Shown: positions 47,249-53,673 of the stretch, piece after piece
How the letters are laid out: each line of letters opens with the position of its first letter
Position numbering within the stretch: position 1 is the stretch's first letter
IMG/VR virus record: IMGVR_UViG_3300020205_004424
Coordinates: 1-53,673 of that record
Reading direction: 5' to 3' (one strand)
Length of the DNA stretch: 53,673 nt
Source: a virus
Taxonomy: Duplodnaviria > Caudoviricetes
Made by a program: the position numbers and the translations under genes
Notes under the pieces: model-generated
What the model saw: the letters and a program-made list of their open reading frames with translations, nothing else
Told to the model about the DNA's origin: nothing
The model's database searches: none

Positions 47249-48289
47249 ATGCCACACTTTGTAGATTCACGTATTAATGAAAATGTAGAAGTAGCAACTG
47301 AATATTTTAAAGCATTGGTTTCTTCTAACTTTAAAGATGCTGAAAATAGACAAAAACAATCTGCAGGTTCGATAGGTTTTATTCCATATAATATATCATT
47401 CACTATGGATGGTATAGGAGGAATTAAAATTTATAACGAACTTTCTTTAGATACTAGTTTTCTCCCTGCAGGATATACTAAAACAACTGATTTTATAGTA
47501 ACTGGAGTAGATCATAAAATCCAAAATGGTGATTGGGAGACTAATATAAATTTAACTCTTATTCCTAGAACTAGTCCAATAAATAATACTATTACTAGTA
47601 GTTTATCTTTTGCTAATCAAACTGAAGAAACTCGACCAGATACTGCTCCTACAAATAATAATACTGTATCTTCTCCTGCATCTACCACTGGAGATGCTGT
47701 AACCGGGGGTGATGCTGATTTTTGGTCTTTATTAACTATATGTCTTTTTGAAGATGGAGATGCACAAGCAAGAGCAGACATAGCCCAATCTATATATAAT
47801 AGGGTAGGATCAAAAGCTTATAGTAAATCATCAATAGCAGGAGTTATAAAAAGTGATGGCCAATACGAACCAGCATTCGCTACTGGTACTTCAAAAGTAG
47901 CTACAGTTTGGAAAAATATTCAAGATAAAGCAACTGCTATTGCAGCAGTAAGAGCTACAAAACCTGGTACATATACAGACGATGCTAAAGCTTTAGCTGC
48001 CCTTAAAAGTGTTTATGAAGCCCTAAAAGACTCAGCTAAACAAGAGGCATCTAAAACATTTATTCAAGGAAGAACTGATTTTTTAAGTATTAGCCAAGGT
48101 TCAGTTGCTCAAAGAAATTCTAAAGTAAAAGCAGGATCATATGATCCAACTGGTAAACGTGGAACGTTTTTAATGAGAAACAATGGAACCCCTAATAACG
48201 TATTTGGATGGGCATATAACTATATTAAAAATGCCACCGCACAACCCCCAGGCTCAGAATTTTGGGATAAGTATAAAGATCAATTCTAA
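47249..48289 (+). CDS. hub C-terminal module fused to a SleB/Hydrolase_2-like cell-wall hydrolase
   Basis: Shared N-terminal module; ICLFE...DIAQSIYNRV...VIKSDGQYEP. Confidence 0.65.
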   Translation: MPHFVDSRINENVEVATEYFKALVSSNFKDAENRQKQSAGSIGFIPYNISFTMDGIGGIKIYNELSLDTSFLPAGYTKTTDFIVTGVDHKIQNGDWETNINLTLIPRTSPINNTITSSLSFANQTEETRPDTAPTNNNTVSSPASTTGDAVTGGDADFWSLLTICLFEDGDAQARADIAQSIYNRVGSKAYSKSSIAGVIKSDGQYEPAFATGTSKVATVWKNIQDKATAIAAVRATKPGTYTDDAKALAALKSVYEALKDSAKQEASKTFIQGRTDFLSISQGSVAQRNSKVKAGSYDPTGKRGTFLMRNNGTPNNVFGWAYNYIKNATAQPPGSEFWDKYKDQF

Positions 48290-48660
48290 CTATGCCCCAT
48301 TTTGTAGATTCACGTATAAATGAAAATGTAGAAGTAGCAACAGAATACTTCAAGGCATTAGTCTCCCAAAAAGATGGAGATAAAGCTTCTGCTGGTTCAA
48401 TAGGTTTTATTCCTTTTAATATGTCTTTTACAATGGATGGTATAGGAGGAATTAAAATTTATAATGAATTATCTGTTGATACTAGTTTTCTTCCTCCGGG
48501 TTATACAAAAACAACGGATTTTATAGTAACAGGGATAGATCATAAAATTCAAAATGGTGATTGGGAAACTAGTATTACTACTACTTTAATTCCAAGAACA
48601 AGTCCTATAAATAATACTATTACTAGCAGTTTATCATTTACTTCTCAAACAGAAGAAACT
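47249..48660 (+). repeat. diverged direct duplication, 47249-47632 versus 48292-48660
   Basis: First 25 codons are identical in protein with 10 synonymous differences; similarity continues to SSLSFxxQTEET. Confidence 0.92.
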
Positions 48661-49197
48661 CAAGTTGATGCACCACCGTCTTCTTCACCAAGTTTACCTC
48701 CATCACCACCACCTAATGTACAAGGAGCTTGGAGAGTATGGAATAAAGGAGAATTTATTGGTTCTGCATATAGATTAAATGCCCACCATAGTGAACGTGT
48801 AACTGAAGTAGATAGTGTAAACACTAGAAGTGGAGGTTGGACTAAATCTAAGAGTGGAAAATACATTTATGATGTTTCCTTATTTAGAAAAGAAAATGGA
48901 ATTGAACAAAGTAGACCATTTGTCCCATCCCCGGCAAATGGAACCGTAACAAGAACTGCTCCTGATAGTAGTGGAAACTCATTCTTAACTATTAAAGGAG
49001 ATGACGGACTAGAATATGATTTACTTCATATGGATACTTACCAAGTAAAAGTAGGTGATAGAGTAACTAAAGGACAATTAGTAGCAAGACAAAGTAATGT
49101 TAGCCCTCCAGCATTTGCAAATCACCTTCACATACAAATGCCAACAAAACAAGCATTAATAGATTATATTTATAATTTAGTAAATAATAGTTTTTAA
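48292..49197 (+). CDS. hub C-terminal module fused to an M23-family peptidase domain
   Basis: Shared N-terminal module; SPANGTV, LLHM....VKVGDRVTKGQ, HLH. Confidence 0.7.
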   Translation: MPHFVDSRINENVEVATEYFKALVSQKDGDKASAGSIGFIPFNMSFTMDGIGGIKIYNELSVDTSFLPPGYTKTTDFIVTGIDHKIQNGDWETSITTTLIPRTSPINNTITSSLSFTSQTEETQVDAPPSSSPSLPPSPPPNVQGAWRVWNKGEFIGSAYRLNAHHSERVTEVDSVNTRSGGWTKSKSGKYIYDVSLFRKENGIEQSRPFVPSPANGTVTRTAPDSSGNSFLTIKGDDGLEYDLLHMDTYQVKVGDRVTKGQLVARQSNVSPPAFANHLHIQMPTKQALIDYIYNLVNNSF

Positions 49198-49208
49198 TAG
49201 TTATAATC

Positions 49209-49850
49209 ATGGCATATTACCCAAAATCCCAAGTCAAAACTAATTTATACACTAATGGTGATGAATATGTTCTTAGTACTACAAAACAAGAATATACAGG
49301 ATATTACTATAAAACTTCAAGTGGAGCTAAATATACGGGAAAAAATCCTGATATTAAACCCTCTATATTACTTCAACCTATAGAACCTGGTTTAGATGCT
49401 GTTGAAGAAGAATTTTCAGATGCTTCTTTTCAATCGGTTGCTTTACGCCAAAAACTTTCTACTACTATTGAAATTGAATCAATCACCCCCTCAGCAACAA
49501 ATTATGTTTCTGAAAATGATAGAAAACGAAGTATTCCTCAATTTAGTGTAACTTTACCAACAGCAGAAGATAAAAAACGTGGTTATTTTATGCGATATTT
49601 TTGTAAGAAAAATAACGAATTAATATACTACGAAACTTCTCAAGCTGATTATGATAAAACAAAAAATCAAGACCCTACAATGGCATATGATTTATATTCT
49701 GTTTTAGCATTGCAGTGGTCTTTAATAGGTGATCCTTCTCAAGTAGCTGGTTTTAATGCATCTAGTGTAAATAGAGCTGCTTCTATTAATGGTTGGACTG
49801 GATTTCCTCAATATTTTAAAGGAAATTACACTCAATACTTGGGTTTCTAA
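49209..49850 (+). CDS. hypothetical protein at the end of the baseplate module
   Basis: 213 aa, YYPKSQ..TNLYT.G.E. Confidence 0.65.
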   Translation: MAYYPKSQVKTNLYTNGDEYVLSTTKQEYTGYYYKTSSGAKYTGKNPDIKPSILLQPIEPGLDAVEEEFSDASFQSVALRQKLSTTIEIESITPSATNYVSENDRKRSIPQFSVTLPTAEDKKRGYFMRYFCKKNNELIYYETSQADYDKTKNQDPTMAYDLYSVLALQWSLIGDPSQVAGFNASSVNRAASINGWTGFPQYFKGNYTQYLGF

Positions 49851-49867
49851 AAAATAATTAGTATCTT
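49838..49867 (+). promoter_or_regulatory. candidate host-sigma promoter CTTGG-N19-TATCTT
   Basis: Same spacing as the other three copies; upstream of the polymerase gene. Confidence 0.55.
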
Positions 49868-49873
49868 TACAGC

Positions 49874-51124
49874 ATGTATTGGCTGATAGAAGATCCTAAC
49901 CACATTGAATTACTCGCAAACCTAAAACACCAAGATGTTTATGTTGAAGTAATCCCCACTTCCCACAACTTACACCCAGTTGAAAACGACATATGTGCTG
50001 TTTACCTTAGACCAAAAAGGGATACAAAAGGATACATCATTCCAATCAACCATAGTGAGACAATAAACTCTACAATAGAACAAGTAGAAAGTGTTTTAAA
50101 CAGTATAGAAAGAATTTACGTAAGGGATAGAAAAGAGTTTTTACATTATTTTCCTATTAAGCACTGTTACCAACCATCACCCTCCCCACATACGTATATA
50201 CCTCAATTAACAACGGCTCACACACAATTATACAGCAGGTATTCGCAAGTACCTAACTTAAACACTATTGTACCGATCGTAAAACACTATGAGATATGTG
50301 AACAAAATCATTCTAAGTTTAACGACATGAGAATGAATTCGTTCTACCAAAAGGCAGACTTGGTGTTCAATCAACTCGAACGAGCGGGCATTAAAGTGGA
50401 CCCAATATTATTCGAGGAGTACTTCGATAAACAACCAAACGAGTTTATCTACACGCAATATAACCTAAACACATTAACAACAAGACCCTCAAATACCTTT
50501 GGAGGTATTAACTTTTCAGCACTAAATAAAGAAAATGGAGAACGAAAATGTTTTATCCCGCGTAATGATAAGTTTATTGAAATGGATATTTCTGCTTATC
50601 ACCCTACCCTTTTGGCTCATCTACTTAATTTCAGTTTTGATAGCTCTGATATTCATGGGGAGTTTGCTAGGATGTATGATGTTGATTATGCCAAAGCGAA
50701 AGAGATTACGTTTAAACAAATCTATGGAGGAGTTTGGAAAGAGTATCAAAATTTGGAGTTTTTCAGACGAGTTATAGCTTATACAGATAGATTATGGGAT
50801 GAATTCCAATATGGAGGAAAAATTATATGTCCACTTTCGGGTCATGAGTTTGTAAGAGTAGAGATGGATGAAATGAATCCACAAAAGCTTTTAAATTATG
50901 TACTCCAAAACTTGGAGACAGCAAATAATGTTAATATATTATATGATATATTTAGAGTATTACGCGGGAAAAATACTAAACTCGTGTTATATGTGTACGA
51001 TTCATTTTTATTTGATTATGATAAAGATGAACCTGACGTAATGCTTCAAATATTGGGAATATTTAATAAATATCAATTACAAGTTAAAACAAAAGATGGT
51101 AAAAATTACCATGAAATTCAATAA
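49874..51124 (+). CDS. short family-A-like DNA polymerase
   Basis: LERAGIKVD, TLTTRPS...INF, motif A EMDISAYHP, motif B AKEITFKQIYG, motif C LYVYDSFLFD. Confidence 0.75.
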   Translation: MYWLIEDPNHIELLANLKHQDVYVEVIPTSHNLHPVENDICAVYLRPKRDTKGYIIPINHSETINSTIEQVESVLNSIERIYVRDRKEFLHYFPIKHCYQPSPSPHTYIPQLTTAHTQLYSRYSQVPNLNTIVPIVKHYEICEQNHSKFNDMRMNSFYQKADLVFNQLERAGIKVDPILFEEYFDKQPNEFIYTQYNLNTLTTRPSNTFGGINFSALNKENGERKCFIPRNDKFIEMDISAYHPTLLAHLLNFSFDSSDIHGEFARMYDVDYAKAKEITFKQIYGGVWKEYQNLEFFRRVIAYTDRLWDEFQYGGKIICPLSGHEFVRVEMDEMNPQKLLNYVLQNLETANNVNILYDIFRVLRGKNTKLVLYVYDSFLFDYDKDEPDVMLQILGIFNKYQLQVKTKDGKNYHEIQ

Positions 51125-51129
51125 AAGTT

Positions 51130-51591
51130 ATGTATAGTACTTTGGACCACCCTCGACATATGTATGATCAATACGACTATGATTTTACATTTGAAAACTT
51201 ATTGATGAACAATAGACTGTTTTGTACTTTTACCGCAATCGAAGATTTAGAGGCGTTGATTAATGAGTTATCAAGTCGTTATGTTATAATGTACGATAAA
51301 ATGTTTGTGTTGCATGTTAAAAGCAACAACGAATATGTTATTACATATAATGTAGATCAAGGTAACGTAAACGATATCCCCGATAATACTATTCTAGTAC
51401 ATAGAAAAAAAGAATCAAACACACTATATACCATTAATGCTCTAAATGAGTTAATTAAAAAACTAAATGGTGGTGTAGTTGATACAAATTATACAGTAAA
51501 CTGGCAACACTACAGAAACTGTATCCTACTTACCCAGCATAACGAAATCAAACAATTGAATACAAAGATATTTAAGATAGTTGAAATATGA
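51130..51591 (+). CDS. hypothetical protein
   Basis: 153-aa ORF, LFCTF...TILVHRKKESNTLYTINALN. Confidence 0.7.
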   Translation: MYSTLDHPRHMYDQYDYDFTFENLLMNNRLFCTFTAIEDLEALINELSSRYVIMYDKMFVLHVKSNNEYVITYNVDQGNVNDIPDNTILVHRKKESNTLYTINALNELIKKLNGGVVDTNYTVNWQHYRNCILLTQHNEIKQLNTKIFKIVEI

Positions 51592-52205
51592 AAGAAAAAT
51601 TAAGAATGCAATTTTTAGCTGGTGTGATTACTGAAAATGAATATAAAGCAAAACTAGATGAATCATCATCTGATAAGATATATCATTTTACATTTCCTGA
51701 TGGTGAATATCAATATAATATAATACCCTCCCTTCCTTCAAATATTATAGGTTACAATATGGGAGGTGGAGGAATGCCAGAAGAAGAAGGATATGTTCAT
51801 ATTGATATTATGGATCCTGATGAATTTGGAGAAGAAGCAGTAGATTATGGTTTAAGTGATGAGTATAGTGAAGTATATTATATTAAACATGATTTAAATA
51901 ATTATATTACTCTTCCAAAAGTTTCAAGTATTGTAACTTCTAAAATTACTCATTATATTTCTAATCAAGAAAATTTTACAAAAACTATAAATGATGCACT
52001 TTCCCCCGGAGGAAAAGTAATTTTTTATGCTGATATGATTGATTTTGAAATAGAAGATGAAGATATTTCTGGAAAAAATGATTTAAATTTTTTTAAATTA
52101 ATGACTGAAAAATATGGATTTAAAATTTTAGATAGTACTGGAAAAGAAATTTCTCTAGATGAGTTACCTCAATATGAAGAAGAAAGAATTTATCTAAAAA
52201 AATAG
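51588..52205 (+). CDS. acidic protein with scaffold-like leader and possible SAM-methyltransferase fold
   Basis: N-terminal LRMQFLAGVITE; YNMGGG....GYVHID and ALSPGGKVIF. Confidence 0.55.
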   Translation: MKEKLRMQFLAGVITENEYKAKLDESSSDKIYHFTFPDGEYQYNIIPSLPSNIIGYNMGGGGMPEEEGYVHIDIMDPDEFGEEAVDYGLSDEYSEVYYIKHDLNNYITLPKVSSIVTSKITHYISNQENFTKTINDALSPGGKVIFYADMIDFEIEDEDISGKNDLNFFKLMTEKYGFKILDSTGKEISLDELPQYEEERIYLKK

Positions 52206-52235
52206 TTTGGCTTACCCAATAAAGGTTATTATATT
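52206..52235 (+). promoter_or_regulatory. candidate host-sigma promoter TTTGG-N19-TATATT
   Basis: Same motif and spacing; upstream of the SSB-RecA operon. Confidence 0.6.
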
Positions 52236-52266
52236 TAAGTTGTAAACAATAAAATAAGTTATATTT

Positions 52267-53091
52267 ATGAATCTAGATGCAATCAAGAAGAAACTTGAGT
52301 CAATGCAAAAACAACCTTCATCAGGTGGTGGCTCAAACAACCAAACAAAGCGCTTTAAGCCGCAAGTTGGTAAACAAACGGTTCGTGTTGTTCCTTTCAA
52401 ATACAACAAAGAATTTCCATTTACGGAAATGAAATTCTACTATGGTATTGGTAGTAAAAAGGTAATTGCCTCTCCTTTAAATTGGGGTGAGAAAGATCCA
52501 ATTGCAGAATTTGCAAAACAACTTCGTGGTACAAATGACAAAGAAAACTGGCGTTTGGCTAAGAAATTAGATCCGAAAGTTCGTATCTTTGCTCCTGTAA
52601 TTGTTCGTGGACAAGAATCTGAAGGTGTTCACTTGTGGGAATTTGGTAAAGAAATTTACGAGGCGTTCTTGCAAATGGCTGCTGATGAAGAAGTAGGCGA
52701 TTTCACAGACATCATGACTGGTCGTGATATCAAATTGGTTACTGTAGGTCCTGAATCAACAGGTACTGTCTATAACAAGACAACAATTCAACCATCTATG
52801 AAAATGTCACCATTGTCTGAAGATGATAAAGAATTGGAATTGTGGTTAGATGATCAAGTTAATCCAAAAGAAATTTACAAACCACTTCCATTTGATGATA
52901 TCAAAGCTGCACTTCAAGAATGGTTAAACCCTGAAGAAGAAAAAGAAGAAGAATTCCCATCAGATGGTTTATTAACTGTAGAGGAAAAACCTCAAACAAA
53001 CTATAGCTTGTCTGCTAAACCAGCAGCTAAAAAATCAAAAGCAGAAGCATTTGATGATTTGTTTGAAGAGGATGATGATATGCCATTTTAA
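52267..53091 (+). CDS. single-stranded DNA-binding protein (gp32-like)
   Basis: QTVRVVP, LWEFGKEIY, D..TGRDI, acidic tail DDLFEEDDDMPF. Confidence 0.8.
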   Translation: MNLDAIKKKLESMQKQPSSGGGSNNQTKRFKPQVGKQTVRVVPFKYNKEFPFTEMKFYYGIGSKKVIASPLNWGEKDPIAEFAKQLRGTNDKENWRLAKKLDPKVRIFAPVIVRGQESEGVHLWEFGKEIYEAFLQMAADEEVGDFTDIMTGRDIKLVTVGPESTGTVYNKTTIQPSMKMSPLSEDDKELELWLDDQVNPKEIYKPLPFDDIKAALQEWLNPEEEKEEEFPSDGLLTVEEKPQTNYSLSAKPAAKKSKAEAFDDLFEEDDDMPF

Positions 53092-53104
53092 TTTAGGTTA
53101 AAAC

Positions 53105-53673
53105 ATGGCTAAAAGAAAATCATTAACTGAGGCGGCTGACAAGGAATTGAAAACCGCCTTCAGTTTAGACAAATTTAAAGCAAATAAGGGTTTAGCGTCA
53201 AACGTTAAATTCAAGGAGCAAAAATGGATTCCATTTTCTCCGGCTTTACAAGAAGCACTATCCATTCCTGGTATTCCTATGGGTCATAATTCAATGGTTC
53301 GAGGAAAATCAAACACTGGAAAATCTACTATGACCATTGAGGTAGCAGTTAATGCTCAAAAAATGGGAGTTTTACCTGTATTGATTATTACCGAAATGAA
53401 ACATGACTGGAACCACTGGAGAACAATGGGTTTCGAAATGGAAGATGTAGTTGATGAAGAAACAGGTGAAATTTTAGATCAAACCGGATTCTTTATTTAT
53501 CGAGATAGAAGTTCATTAAATTCAATTGAAGATATTGCATCATTTATTATCGATCTACTTACAGAACAAAAGAAAGGTAATTTACCATACGATCTACTCT
53601 TTATCTGGGACTCAGTTGGTTCAATTCCATGCCAAATGTCAATTGAGCAAGGTAAAAACAATCCAATGTGGAA
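53105..53673 (+). CDS. RecA/UvsX-like recombinase, 3'-truncated by the window end
   Basis: Translated by hand: PGIPMGH...RGKSNTGKST Walker A, IITE, FIWDSVGS Walker B. Confidence 0.85.
   Translation, partial: MAKRKSLTEAADKELKTAFSLDKFKANKGLASNVKFKEQKWIPFSPALQEALSIPGIPMGHNSMVRGKSNTGKSTMTIEVAVNAQKMGVLPVLIITEMKHDWNHWRTMGFEMEDVVDEETGEILDQTGFFIYRDRSSLNSIEDIASFIIDLLTEQKKGNLPYDLLFIWDSVGSIPCQMSIEQGKNNPMW

Noticed and set aside
47234-47251. Stop-codon readthrough fusing the hub to 47249
   Set aside because: Two in-frame TAA codons intervene, and the second copy at 48292 starts at the equivalent Met, supporting independent initiation.
47249-48660. Assembly artefact as the cause of the duplication
   Set aside because: The copies differ at many synonymous sites and by an indel, as expected for a real duplication under selection.
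1012-52409. Minus-strand and nested alternative-frame ORFs in the track
   Set aside because: They are short shadows of long + strand genes, with no recognisable motifs or expression signals.
1-53673. Stop-codon reassignment, tRNA or rRNA genes
   Set aside because: Core genes are intact in code 11 with TAA, TAG and TGA all used as stops; no cloverleaf or rRNA-like sequence was seen in the short intergenic spaces.

Overview
AT-rich, gene-dense segment of a large T4-like contractile-tailed (myovirus) dsDNA phage, with all credible genes on the + strand and the standard genetic code. The host is probably Bacteroidota, inferred from TTTG...TAnnTT-type promoters, the general absence of Shine-Dalgarno sequences, and a signal peptide followed by Gln. 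Gene order: small accessory genes (protein kinase, cupin, FAD oxidoreductase, P-loop kinase, spanin-like pair); terminase, portal, head proteins, prohead protease, scaffold, major capsid protein, PhoH; neck/head-completion genes; repeat-rich fibre genes with a free-standing GIY-YIG endonuclease; a glycosyltransferase/sulfotransferase/APS-kinase/HxGH-nucleotidyltransferase/DUF2061 cassette; two tail sheaths, tube, chaperones, tape measure and baseplate; then a short family-A-like polymerase, gp32-like SSB and a RecA/UvsX cut by the window end. Most interesting inferences: (1) a candidate virion-surface glycosylation/sulfation system, paired with a [ST][GA]S tripeptide enriched in surface-exposed virion proteins; (2) shared N-terminal leaders ending in protease-type LxE sites on unrelated proteins, one copying the scaffold C-terminus, suggesting capsid-cargo targeting; (3) a split baseplate hub with two alternative C-terminal pieces carrying different peptidoglycan hydrolases; (4) two candidate frameshifts, two promoter classes and three structured leaders. 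All product calls come from motif recognition and synteny by eye; no searches were run.
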